Positions 16,670 through 25,881 of a stretch of 46,635 bases of DNA are shown here, in pieces. Made by a program: the position numbers and the translations under genes. Positions within the stretch are counted from its first letter, which is position 1, and every line of letters begins with the position of its first letter. The notes under the pieces are model-generated. The model searched no databases, was not told the DNA's origin, and worked only from the letters and a program-made list of their open reading frames with translations. Source of the stretch: an uncultured Gammaproteobacteria bacterium (GTDB lineage: Bacteria > Patescibacteriota > Microgenomatia > Levybacterales > UBA12049); assembly GCA_964477485.1 (NCBI GenBank), contig CAYZEE010000002.1, positions 1 through 46,635 on the forward strand, in the 5' to 3' direction.

Positions 16670-18580
16670 ATGAATCTGTTTCTATTCCTTCCGATTTTTC
16701 TTCTTTCAATAATTTTAGTTTTTGTTATTCCCGGGCGGGTTATATTGGGTAAATTATTTAAAGAGTCATTAATTATTACTCTTATTGCCTCAACTCTATT
16801 GGGAATAGCGCTTTGGGGATGGCAGGGTTACATTTTTGGCTATATGCATTTGCGTCCCTTATCGTATGCATATGTACTATTTTTCTTAATGCTGTTCATT
16901 AAAAATAGAAAATATTTATTATCTTTCCCCAAAATAAAAATCAGCAGATTTGATTGTATTCTATTTTTTTTAGTAATTATCGGGGTCATCGGACAGAATC
17001 TTCCTTATATAATGGCAGGTATAATCACAAATCAGGGGATGAGGTTAATGACTTACAATAGACCGGATCACATATGGCACATTTCGCTTACAAACGAAAT
17101 CATCAGACATTTTCCGCCCTTTGAGCCCGGAATGTATGGAGTCCCTTTGAGTAATTATCATTACTGGTTTAATCTTGTGACGGCTGAGTTAATTAGAGTT
17201 GTACAGTTACCATTATTTGCTACCCAGTTTGATGGAATGTACATACTTGGTTCATTATTGCTGGCTGGGACTATTCTTCTTTTATCGCAAGTAATTGATA
17301 AATCAAAAAAATTTTTTGCATTACTTCTGTTTTTTTTCTTTTTTTCAGGCGATGCAATCTACTGGCTCATTTTTATTGTGAGACATAAGTTAAACTTTTC
17401 CCTTTTACCAATCGTTGACGCAACTATTTTTATGGATAACCCTCCAAGAGCTTTTTCAACCATCGTTGCTCTATTTGGAATATATTTATTATTTAAGTAT
17501 CTCCGGAATCTTGATATTAAAAAGATAGTTTTAATATCATTGGTGCTTGGAAGCGTCATTGGTTTTAAAGTATATACGGGTATAGCCATTCTTGCAGGAT
17601 TGGCAATATTGGCTGTCTATGAAGCATTTAAGAGAAGATGGGAATTTACACTATTGTTTATTTTGACTTTATTTTTTTCTCTTATGATTTTTCTACCGGT
17701 AAATTATGCATCAGGAGGATTATTTTTGCTTCCTTTTGATCTCCCCAGAGATTTCTTAACCCAAAAAGCTATTGGATTAACGAATATGATTTTAGAATGG
17801 CAGGTTTACCAACTCCATCACAATATTCTTAGAATTACTGAATACGGACTTATAATGTCCCTTCTGTTTATATTTGCGCAGTTTGGTGTAAAACTTGTGG
17901 GAGTAATTCAGACAAAAAAGACCTTAAATATACTCGGCACAGAAAAGTTTATTTTCCTTCTTACGACAACCCTGGTGCCTCTTATTCTGGGTTTATTTTT
18001 TTATGAGAAATCAGGAGGAGCAAATGTTTTTAACTTTTTTATCACCTCAACTCTTTTCTTATCAGTTTTTGCATCTCTAACAATAGCATCAATAAGAGAA
18101 AAGAAGATGTTTATCTTAGTTGTATTAATTGTTGTCTTGTTAAGTATTCCGCGATGGTTCGTTAGAACTGTCGCTACTATAAGAAGAGACTACAACGGAA
18201 GTTTTTCCGGAATTTCAAATTCAGAGTTATCATCTTATGGTTATTTTTTATCTACACCGAAAGAAAGTATTATTTTAGTTGATAATAGAACTAGTTTTGA
18301 TTCACTGTCGCCCTCAGTGAGTGTTTTAAGCAGGCGAAATACATTTTTATCAGGACAAGCAATTATTGGCAGTCATAATAACACCGATACTCGAAGGATA
18401 AGGATTGCGAATCAAATTTTCAACAGCAAAAACAGTAAAATTGTTAACGATTTACTGCATAAAAACAACATAAACTATATTTATTTTTGGGGCGAACCTG
18501 ATTTTAAAGCGAATATTTCTAAGTTAACAATAGTTAGAGTATTTCACAACAAGACAGTTTCGATTTTTGAGGTGCGATAA
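16670..18580 (+). CDS. large polytopic membrane protein, possibly GT-C-like glycosyltransferase
   Basis: 636 aa with more than 12 hydrophobic segments followed by a soluble C-terminal domain of about 130 aa. It starts 1 nt after the secA stop. No diagnostic motif was recognised. Confidence 0.4.
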   Translation: MNLFLFLPIFLLSIILVFVIPGRVILGKLFKESLIITLIASTLLGIALWGWQGYIFGYMHLRPLSYAYVLFFLMLFIKNRKYLLSFPKIKISRFDCILFFLVIIGVIGQNLPYIMAGIITNQGMRLMTYNRPDHIWHISLTNEIIRHFPPFEPGMYGVPLSNYHYWFNLVTAELIRVVQLPLFATQFDGMYILGSLLLAGTILLLSQVIDKSKKFFALLLFFFFFSGDAIYWLIFIVRHKLNFSLLPIVDATIFMDNPPRAFSTIVALFGIYLLFKYLRNLDIKKIVLISLVLGSVIGFKVYTGIAILAGLAILAVYEAFKRRWEFTLLFILTLFFSLMIFLPVNYASGGLFLLPFDLPRDFLTQKAIGLTNMILEWQVYQLHHNILRITEYGLIMSLLFIFAQFGVKLVGVIQTKKTLNILGTEKFIFLLTTTLVPLILGLFFYEKSGGANVFNFFITSTLFLSVFASLTIASIREKKMFILVVLIVVLLSIPRWFVRTVATIRRDYNGSFSGISNSELSSYGYFLSTPKESIILVDNRTSFDSLSPSVSVLSRRNTFLSGQAIIGSHNNTDTRRIRIANQIFNSKNSKIVNDLLHKNNINYIYFWGEPDFKANISKLTIVRVFHNKTVSIFEVR

Positions 18581-18635
18581 TTATCAGAAATTAAAAGTAA
18601 ATCTTTTGCAAGGGTTGGTTTTTAATTAAATAATT

Positions 18636-19073
18636 ATGAGACAGGGTGTTGATTATGTCGGGGTTGGAGTTGTTTTCTTTTGTCATGACGGAAAAGGAAA
18701 TTTTGTCATGAGCAAAAGATCCAAAAATACGCGGGATGAACATGGTCGGTGGGATCCGGGCGGCGGAGGAATTGAATTTGGGGAAAAAATAGAAGACGCT
18801 TTAAGAAGAGAAATAAAAGAAGAATATTGTACGGACGTTATTAATTTTGATTTTTTAGGATTTAGAGATGTTCACAGGGTCGATGAAAAAGGCAATAAGA
18901 CACACTGGGTTATTCTGGATTTTAAAGTTTTAATTGATAAGAATAAGGTAAAAAATGGAGTTCCCCGGCAGCATGAAGCAATCGGATGGTTTAAATTAAA
19001 CAAACTTCCAAATCCAGTCCATTCTCAGTCCCCCCTATTTATTAGAAAATATAAAAAGGCACTGGAAATATAA
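18636..19073 (+). CDS. NUDIX hydrolase
   Basis: Nudix box GGGIEFGEKIEDALRREIKEEYC. Confidence 0.8.
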   Translation: MRQGVDYVGVGVVFFCHDGKGNFVMSKRSKNTRDEHGRWDPGGGGIEFGEKIEDALRREIKEEYCTDVINFDFLGFRDVHRVDEKGNKTHWVILDFKVLIDKNKVKNGVPRQHEAIGWFKLNKLPNPVHSQSPLFIRKYKKALEI

Positions 19074-19103
19074 TTGAAGATTAGTTTACAATGCATATAG
19101 TAT

Positions 19104-20105
19104 ATGAAAATTGGTTTTTTCGAAATTGAAGGGTGGGAGGAGGAATTTCTTTTAAAACAATTCCCCGATCAGGAATTATCTTTTTCTACAGAAAAGATAG
19201 ACTCCCAGAATTTACCGGCAACAGATTTTGACGCAATTTCAGTTTTTGTTGAATCAAAATTAGACAAAGATACACTCGCTGCTTTTCCAAATCTCAAGTT
19301 TGTAGCGACCCGTTCAACAGGTTATGATCATATTGATTTAGCAGTTTGCAAAGAAAGAGGAATTGTTGTAAGTTTTGTCCCCGGCTATGGGGATAACACT
19401 GTTGCGGAATATGCCTTTGGTCTTATTCTAAACTTAACAAGAAAATTATATGATGCTATTGCCCAAATAAAAGAAAAAGAATCTTTTTCACTTTTAAGTC
19501 TAAGAGGAATCGATTTAAAAGGCAGGACAATCGGAGTTATCGGGGCCGGAAGAATAGGGCAGGAAATTATTAAGATAGCAAAAGGATTCGGAATGAATGT
19601 TCTGGCAGTAAATCCTCATCAGGATGCGGAACTTGCCCGGAAATTAGGGTTTACATATTCGTCTTTAGAAGACCTTTTAAGAAATTCAGATATTATCACG
19701 ATTCATTGCCCGTATATTGATTCAACTCATCATTTGATAAACCAACAAAATATCAATCTTATTAAAAAAGGCGCCTATCTTGTTAATACGGCAAGAGGGG
19801 CAATTGTTGAAACTCAAGCTTTAGTGCAGGCGCTGGAAAAAGGGATATTGGCAGGGGCAGGTTTGGATGTTCTCGAGGAGGAAAATTTTGTAAAAGACGA
19901 ATTTAATTTTCTTTCAAGCGTTAAAACAAAAGAAGAAGATTTAAAAACAATACTTTATGATCATGTCCTAATGAAAATGCCAAATGTCCTGATTACTCCG
20001 CATAATGCCTTTGATACAAAAGAAGCCTTGCAAAGAATCTTAGATACAACAGTAGAAAATATAAAAGGTTTCATAAGCCATAATCCGATAAATCTTGCAT
20101 CATGA
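19104..20105 (+). CDS. D-isomer-specific 2-hydroxyacid dehydrogenase (D-lactate / phosphoglycerate dehydrogenase-like)
   Basis: GVIGAGRIGQEIIKIAKGFGMNV Rossmann motif, NTARG, and ITPHNAF with the catalytic His. Confidence 0.85.
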   Translation: MKIGFFEIEGWEEEFLLKQFPDQELSFSTEKIDSQNLPATDFDAISVFVESKLDKDTLAAFPNLKFVATRSTGYDHIDLAVCKERGIVVSFVPGYGDNTVAEYAFGLILNLTRKLYDAIAQIKEKESFSLLSLRGIDLKGRTIGVIGAGRIGQEIIKIAKGFGMNVLAVNPHQDAELARKLGFTYSSLEDLLRNSDIITIHCPYIDSTHHLINQQNINLIKKGAYLVNTARGAIVETQALVQALEKGILAGAGLDVLEEENFVKDEFNFLSSVKTKEEDLKTILYDHVLMKMPNVLITPHNAFDTKEALQRILDTTVENIKGFISHNPINLAS

Positions 20106-20163
20106 AGATTACGACTTGACACCGTCGTTTAAAAGATATTTACTAAGACTATAGAATTTATTT

Positions 20164-20931
20164 ATGCCGCTAGCACAAACCGAAAGGTTTAGTTATTCTA
20201 GAAAACCTCTTTTGCGGGAAGCCCTCGTCGGACTTGATATTGCAGCGCTTTTCACAAGCAGTGTCTGGATAGGAAGAGGTGTTTCAAGAGGCGATGGGAG
20301 CGCAGTAGTTGTAATTCCGGGGTTTGACAGTAAAGATTTTGATACGGGTCTTTTAAGATCTTGGTTGGGAAGAATAGGTTATTATGGACAACCTTCAGGG
20401 ATACCTTTTGCAAACACGGATCCTGAATACTACGAAGAGCGTATAGGAGAAAGAGTTAATAGGCTTTATCAATCTTTTGATAAGGTACATCTTATTGGGC
20501 ATAGCATAGGTGGAATTATTGCAAGGGCTATTGCTTATAAAAGACCGGAGAAAATAAAAAGCGTTACGACACTAGGCAGTCCTCTTCGTGGAGATCTGGA
20601 AGGAACTGTTGACCCTTTTGTATTATTTTTGGCAAAAATGCAAATACCAATTCTTAGAGACAGAGAAAGACTTGATGAAAGAAGAAAGGAACTGACCCAA
20701 TCGTTTTGGAAGAGAAGTATTAGAACAACAAGTATATATACAAAAGATGACGGGGTGGTAGATTGGCGTTCTTGTGTGGACACAGATCCAGGCACTGAAA
20801 ATTATGAAGTTTTGGGAACTCACATGGGTTTAATTCTTAATCCCCAAGTCTATGCTATTCTTGGAGAAATTCTTAGCAAGTCTAATTTAGAAAAGACTGA
20901 GACTTCAATCTCCTCAAAAGCTGCAGCATGA
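20164..20931 (+). CDS. alpha/beta hydrolase (lipase/esterase-like)
   Basis: VVVIPGF and the nucleophile elbow LIGHSIGG (GxSxG). Confidence 0.7.
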   Translation: MPLAQTERFSYSRKPLLREALVGLDIAALFTSSVWIGRGVSRGDGSAVVVIPGFDSKDFDTGLLRSWLGRIGYYGQPSGIPFANTDPEYYEERIGERVNRLYQSFDKVHLIGHSIGGIIARAIAYKRPEKIKSVTTLGSPLRGDLEGTVDPFVLFLAKMQIPILRDRERLDERRKELTQSFWKRSIRTTSIYTKDDGVVDWRSCVDTDPGTENYEVLGTHMGLILNPQVYAILGEILSKSNLEKTETSISSKAAA

Positions 20932-20937
20932 AGATGT

Positions 20938-21381
20938 TTACTTTTCGAGTTTCTTTATAATTTGCAGTAAGAGTTTTTGCTGATTTTCTAAATGGAGGAG
21001 TATTGTTTCTATTTCTTTTTCGGCTCTTCTGTCAACTTCAAAGTCATGTTCTGAACGAAGCTCTGCGTGTTTTCCCTGAATATTTTGCCCGATCATAATA
21101 AGAGGCATTAAAAAGATTTGAATCATATTGGAAATAAAAAGCCAAAGAACAAATGCAGGGTAGGGATCAAAACGTAAATTTCCAGGAGCAAACATATTCC
21201 AAGAGAGCCAAAGAATCGTCCAGCAAAGTATTATAAAGAAAAAACCCATCGTTCCAACATGTTCTGTTACAAAAAGAGCGAGTTCTTCCATCTTTGACAA
21301 ACTTTTTCTATGGATTACGTTCACATTTTTTGGGGCGCCGAATTCTTTCTTGATACTTTTAAAAGTCTCCATTTTAGTCAA
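20938..21381 (-). CDS. DUF1003-like membrane protein
   Basis: Two TM helices flank FDPYPAFVLWLFISNMIQIFLMPLIMIGQNIQ, followed by a C-terminal coiled coil. This layout resembles DUF1003. Confidence 0.55.
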   Translation of the reverse strand: MTKMETFKSIKKEFGAPKNVNVIHRKSLSKMEELALFVTEHVGTMGFFFIILCWTILWLSWNMFAPGNLRFDPYPAFVLWLFISNMIQIFLMPLIMIGQNIQGKHAELRSEHDFEVDRRAEKEIETILLHLENQQKLLLQIIKKLEK

Positions 21382-21673
21382 ACATGAATTGTTTAAGGTT
21401 TATGCGATTTTTTAGAAAAACTATTCCCTCATTCTCCAGTTTTTCTTTTTGCCTTTTTATTCCGCCAAATGCGTAGCCTGTCGCAAGTCTTCCGTTTGTC
21501 CTTACGACTCTATGGCAGGGAATATTGTTTGGATCTGTATTTCTATGAAGCGCAAAACCAACAAGTCTTGGGTTTTTAACATTAGACATTTTCGTAACCT
21601 GTTTGTAAGTCATAACTTTTCCTCTTGGAATTTTGGAAACAATACTAAAAATATTTACAAAACTTTTTCTCAT
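21374..21673 (-). CDS. MGMT-family methylated-DNA--protein-cysteine methyltransferase, DNA-binding/active-site domain only
   Basis: IPCHRVV active-site motif with the Cys retained. At 99 aa it has only the C-terminal domain. Confidence 0.8.
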   Translation of the reverse strand: MRKSFVNIFSIVSKIPRGKVMTYKQVTKMSNVKNPRLVGFALHRNTDPNNIPCHRVVRTNGRLATGYAFGGIKRQKEKLENEGIVFLKNRINLKQFMFD

Positions 21674-22026
21674 TTCCTGTCTTTTAAATACCTCTCTTCA
21701 ATTTTTTTAAGCTTATCTCCAACAGCCCTGTCTATGTCCACTCCCGCTACCTGGGCAAGCTGGATGGTTGTTATTATTACATCCGCAAATTCTTGATAGA
21801 TATTTCTTCTGTCAAATTTTTCAAGCTTTGCTCTTCGTTGAAGTTTAAGTATTGATAAAATATCATTGCAGAGCTCCCCTACTTCCTCGTTTAATTTTAC
21901 CGTTTTCGTCAAAATTTCTTTCTCAGTTTGAGAATAAAGTTTGTAATGAGGTCTTTGTTTATCATTTAATAACTTTATTTTCTCTTGCAGATTTTTTAGG
22001 TTCATACCATTATTGTAGCATATCAT
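21670..22026 (-). CDS. MazG-like nucleotide pyrophosphohydrolase
   Basis: EEVGELCNDIL and EFADVIITTIQLA fit the paired EExxE/D helices of the all-alpha NTP-PPase fold. Confidence 0.65.
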   Translation of the reverse strand: MICYNNGMNLKNLQEKIKLLNDKQRPHYKLYSQTEKEILTKTVKLNEEVGELCNDILSILKLQRRAKLEKFDRRNIYQEFADVIITTIQLAQVAGVDIDRAVGDKLKKIEERYLKDRK

Positions 22027-22036
22027 AAAATTTTGT

Positions 22037-22065
22037 TTGCAAAACCATTATTTGTGACTTACAAT
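22037..22065 (+). promoter_or_regulatory. sigma70-like promoter TTGCAA-N17-TACAAT
   Basis: TTGCAA at 22037-22042, an exact 17-nt spacer, TACAAT at 22060-22065. The ATG at 22074 lies only 8 nt downstream with no SD. Confidence 0.55.
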
Positions 22066-22073
22066 GAATTTGC

Positions 22074-22463
22074 ATGCGGGAGGTAAAAATTAAAGAATCC
22101 TGGGACAGGAAAAGAATAGCTGTTGCAATTCTTATTCTAGCTTTAATTGCCGGACTTGGTTACGGTTTTATGACCAATGCGTTTTCTCACTGGCCTAAGA
22201 AAAAAGCGCAGAATGAGCAAGGTTTAGTTAAAGGGACAAGCAGTCAAGAAGGTCCAACCCAAAATGGGGGAGATTCTAATATTGGCAGTACTGTTTCGCA
22301 AAGTGTCGGTTCGATAAAAAAAGAGATAAGCAATATTAATTTAAATGATATTGCCTCATCATCCCCGCAGATTCAAAAAGTTATAAATGACATAAAAAAT
22401 TTACAAAATTATCCGGCAAATCAGGCAAAAGATGCCTGTTTTAAAATTTGTAGCAGTTTATAA
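22074..22463 (+). CDS. hypothetical membrane-anchored protein
   Basis: One TM helix (IAVAILILALIAGLGYGF) followed by a Ser/Gln-rich extracytoplasmic tail. Confidence 0.5.
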   Translation: MREVKIKESWDRKRIAVAILILALIAGLGYGFMTNAFSHWPKKKAQNEQGLVKGTSSQEGPTQNGGDSNIGSTVSQSVGSIKKEISNINLNDIASSSPQIQKVINDIKNLQNYPANQAKDACFKICSSL

Positions 22464-22465
22464 AA

Positions 22466-23767
22466 ATGGAAGAGGAATTTTTGAAAATAAAACATAAATT
22501 TAATAGATTGCTGCGTATTCTTGGCCCAGGGCTGATTACCGGGGCGGCTGATGATGATCCATCCGGCATTGCCACATATTCTCAGACAGGGGCACAGTTT
22601 GGTTATGGACAACTGTGGGCCGCTTTATTCATGTTGCCAATTCAGGTTGCAACACAGGAGGCATGTGCAAGAATAGGGGCAGTAACAGGAAAAGGACTGG
22701 CCGCTGTTTTTAAGGAAAATTACAGCAAAAAAGTTGTCTACGCTGCGGTAATACTGGTTCTTCTTGCCAATACTATCAATATTGGCGCAGACCTTGGAGC
22801 AATGGCTGCTGCTACTCAACTTCTCATACCGTTAAACTTTGCATTTCTTACGATCTTTTTTACAGTGCTCATGCTTATTCTTGAAATATTTACTTCCTAC
22901 AAAGTTTACGCAAGAATTTTAAAGTGGCTTTCTATAGTTTTACTCGCTTATCTTATTACTGTATTTATTGTTAAAGAACCTTGGGACGTTATCCTTAGAG
23001 CCACATTTATCCCCCATGTTGAATTCAGCTTCGCGTTTCTTTTTATCATTACCGGGGTTTTGGGCACAACGATTACTCCTTACATGTTTTTCTGGCAATC
23101 TTCGGAAGAAACAGAAGAAGAGAGAAAAATTGGTATAAGAAAAGAGGATGGACGGCCAAGATTATCAAAAAAATTTATCAAAAATTTACGCATTGACAAT
23201 TTTTTGGGGATGCTTTTCTCCGAAATTGGAACGTGGTCTATTATTGTCGTAACCGCGACTGTTCTTTACGCTCACGGCATCAGGAATATCAACACTTCAG
23301 CCGATGCCGCCCGTGCCCTTGAGCCCTTAGTCCGTACCTTTCCGAATGCGGGCTTTTTGGCCAAAGTTATTTTTGCCAGCGGAATTTTAGGGTTGGGATT
23401 GCTTGCTGTTCCGGTTTTAGCCGGTTCTGCATCCTATGCGGTTTCTGAGGTATTTAATTGGAAAGAGGGGCTTAATCTTAAACTAAAAAAAGCACATGGA
23501 TTTTATGGAGTAATTACTATTGCAACTCTTATTGGTTTATTAATAAATTTTGTTAATATTGATCCGGTTAAAGCGCTTGTTTATGCGGCAGTTATAAATG
23601 GGGTTGTTGCAGTTCCTCTTATTTTTCTTATTTCCCGCGTTGCTCAAAACGAAAAAATTATGGGAGAATATAAAAGCGGCTGGATTTCAAAAACCTTATT
23701 ATGGTTAACATTTATTGGAATGGGAGCAGCAGCAATTGCAATGTTTCTTACTTTTGGGAGAAGTTAA
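22466..23767 (+). CDS. NRAMP-family divalent metal transporter
   Basis: GPGLITGAADDDPSGIATYSQTGAQFGY signature and about 11 TM segments. Confidence 0.8.
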   Translation: MEEEFLKIKHKFNRLLRILGPGLITGAADDDPSGIATYSQTGAQFGYGQLWAALFMLPIQVATQEACARIGAVTGKGLAAVFKENYSKKVVYAAVILVLLANTINIGADLGAMAAATQLLIPLNFAFLTIFFTVLMLILEIFTSYKVYARILKWLSIVLLAYLITVFIVKEPWDVILRATFIPHVEFSFAFLFIITGVLGTTITPYMFFWQSSEETEEERKIGIRKEDGRPRLSKKFIKNLRIDNFLGMLFSEIGTWSIIVVTATVLYAHGIRNINTSADAARALEPLVRTFPNAGFLAKVIFASGILGLGLLAVPVLAGSASYAVSEVFNWKEGLNLKLKKAHGFYGVITIATLIGLLINFVNIDPVKALVYAAVINGVVAVPLIFLISRVAQNEKIMGEYKSGWISKTLLWLTFIGMGAAAIAMFLTFGRS

Positions 23768-23768
23768 T

Positions 23769-24773
23769 ATGGAAGATTTAAAAAAAAGAGCGGAAAAGGT
23801 TTTGGAAAAATTAGACATAGATAGTAAAAGAGAAAGGATAAGAGAAATTGAGGCGGAGACTCTGCGTCCTTCTTTCTGGCAGGATCATAAGACTGCTGCA
23901 TCAAAGATGAAAGATTTGGCAAGTCTTCAAAAAGAGATTGGTGATGCTGAAAAACTAAAAATTTTGATTGTAGATAACCAATATAAAGAAGCGGAAAAAT
24001 TATTAGATGATATTGAGATTTTAGCCTATCTCTCAGGAATTTATAATAAGAGCAATGCAATCCTTTCAATCCATGCGGGTCAGGGAGGAGTGGAGGCAAT
24101 GGACTGGGCGCAAATGCTTTACAGAATGTATACCAGATTTTTCGAGAAAAGGGGATGGGATTTTGAAACTCTCGAAGAGACTTTGGGTGAGGAAGCAGGA
24201 ATAAAAAGTATAACTGTCTCGGTTGAAGGATCTTATGCTTATGGATACTTAAAAGGTGAGGGAGGCGTGCATAGACTCGTTAGACAGTCTCCTTTTAATG
24301 CGGACCATTTAAGGCAAACTTCTTTTGCTCTGGTTGAGGTAATGCCCGATATTCAAGATGAAGGAGAAACTCCGATTAAAGATGATGATCTTGACTGGGA
24401 ATTCTATAGAGCTTCAAGTCACGGAGGACAAAATGTTCAAAAAGTTTCAACTGCCGTGAGGCTTAGACACATACCAACAGGAATTGTTGTTACAGCACAG
24501 GCAGAGCGTTACCAAGGGCAAAATCGCGAATACGCGCTAAAAATGCTTCGCGGGAAGCTCTGGGCTTTAAAAGAGGAAGAAAGAAAAAAACAGGAAGCAA
24601 AATTAAAAGGGGGATATAAAACTCCGGGATGGGGCAATCAGATCCGCTCATATGTTTTGCACCCATATCATATGGTTAAAGACATTAGGACAGGTTTTGA
24701 AACATCCAATACAGACGCAGTTCTGGATGGGAATATAGACGAATTTATAGACGAAGAACTCCGAAAACTCTAA
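23769..24773 (+). CDS. prfB: peptide chain release factor 2
   Basis: SPF tripeptide (VRQSPFNA) and GGQ (SSHGGQNVQKVSTAVRLRHIPTG). One continuous frame from the ATG at 23769. Confidence 0.93.
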   Translation: MEDLKKRAEKVLEKLDIDSKRERIREIEAETLRPSFWQDHKTAASKMKDLASLQKEIGDAEKLKILIVDNQYKEAEKLLDDIEILAYLSGIYNKSNAILSIHAGQGGVEAMDWAQMLYRMYTRFFEKRGWDFETLEETLGEEAGIKSITVSVEGSYAYGYLKGEGGVHRLVRQSPFNADHLRQTSFALVEVMPDIQDEGETPIKDDDLDWEFYRASSHGGQNVQKVSTAVRLRHIPTGIVVTAQAERYQGQNREYALKMLRGKLWALKEEERKKQEAKLKGGYKTPGWGNQIRSYVLHPYHMVKDIRTGFETSNTDAVLDGNIDEFIDEELRKL

Positions 24774-24787
24774 AGAAATAAATTTTT

Positions 24788-25255
24788 ATGCTATCGTCTT
24801 TGCAAAAACAGATTTTTAAAGATACCGTTAACTTATTAAAATCAAACAATATCCCCTTTCAAATAACCGGAGGTTTGGCAGCTATTGCTTATGGAGCTAA
24901 ACGTCCTCTCTATGATATTGATATCGATGTGTCGAAAAAGGATATTCAGAAAGTCAGAGAATTATTTCGACAATATATCACTGAAGATTTTCATCATCTC
25001 CAGAACGGTAAATTTGACATTTATGTAATGACACTAACGATTAATGGTGTTGAAGTAGACATAAGCCAAGCTGAAGAAAACTATGTGATAGATAAGAAAG
25101 GAAATAAATTTGGGTATAATGTTGATTTATCGAAAGCTAAATTGATAGATATAGAAGGTGTTGGTATCCCGGTTGAAGACAAAACTGAGCTAATTAATTA
25201 TAAAACTATCCTTGCTCGGGAGACTGATCTAATTGACATAGAACAGATGAAGTAA
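24788..25255 (+). CDS. small pol-beta-superfamily nucleotidyltransferase-like protein
   Basis: ITGGLAAIAYGAKRPLYDIDIDV resembles the G-G...DxD core of small nucleotidyltransferases such as the ANT(2'')-like family. Confidence 0.45.
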   Translation: MLSSLQKQIFKDTVNLLKSNNIPFQITGGLAAIAYGAKRPLYDIDIDVSKKDIQKVRELFRQYITEDFHHLQNGKFDIYVMTLTINGVEVDISQAEENYVIDKKGNKFGYNVDLSKAKLIDIEGVGIPVEDKTELINYKTILARETDLIDIEQMK

Positions 25256-25388
25256 CAATTATTGCTAGGTTTGAAAAGGTTGCAAAAAATGATAAAAAAG
25301 CAATTTTCATTTGCCAAAAGATCTAAGGGGATAAGATTTGCCAAAATGGGGAAAATGTGCTTTACTTAATGCGGAGGTGGATTTAGAA

Positions 25389-25865
25389 ATGGAAGAGGAA
25401 AAAAATACTCAGGCAAGTCCAACAGAAGCGTCTATTGTTCATGAGTTTGATAAAAGCAAAGGCTCTTTTTTTAGTCCAAAATTACTAGTTGTTCTTATTG
25501 TAGTTATTCTTCTTGGTATTGGAAGCGGATATTTGCTTTCAAGCCGTGGGGGAAGCTCTCTGGGAGCAAATCTAGTTGGAGGTCAAAATTCTTCCAATAT
25601 TGCAAAAGGTACGGTTGAGGGTTCAAATGATACGAGCACCTTCAAAGACACGGCAGAAGGGGTTTTAAAGACAGGAGGAATTGACGGAGAAGGAACATAT
25701 CATTTGGTTAGGCCGGGTGGAGATTCTCAGAATGTCTATCTAACATCATCTATAGTTGATCTATCAAAATATATAAACAGGAAAATTAAAGTTTGGGGAC
25801 AGACGCAGAAAGCTCAACATGCCGGATGGCTTATGGATGTTGGCAGGATTGAAGTTTTAGAATAA
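25389..25865 (+). CDS. hypothetical membrane-anchored protein
   Basis: ATG preceded by GGAGGTGG (25373-25380), one TM helix and an extracytoplasmic C-terminal domain. The track start (TTG 25338) is rejected. Confidence 0.55.
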   Translation: MEEEKNTQASPTEASIVHEFDKSKGSFFSPKLLVVLIVVILLGIGSGYLLSSRGGSSLGANLVGGQNSSNIAKGTVEGSNDTSTFKDTAEGVLKTGGIDGEGTYHLVRPGGDSQNVYLTSSIVDLSKYINRKIKVWGQTQKAQHAGWLMDVGRIEVLE

Positions 25866-25881
25866 AGCCCCGAGTTTTCGT

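Noticed and set aside
21449-21796. A 115-aa plus-strand ORF.
   Set aside because: It is antisense to the MGMT and MazG-like genes and has no recognisable features.
23769-23900. A search for the prfB +1 frameshift site (CTT TGA).
   Set aside because: No such site is present, and the frame is continuous from the ATG.
23764-24099. A 111-aa minus-strand ORF.
   Set aside because: It is antisense to the 5' part of prfB. It is a shadow ORF.
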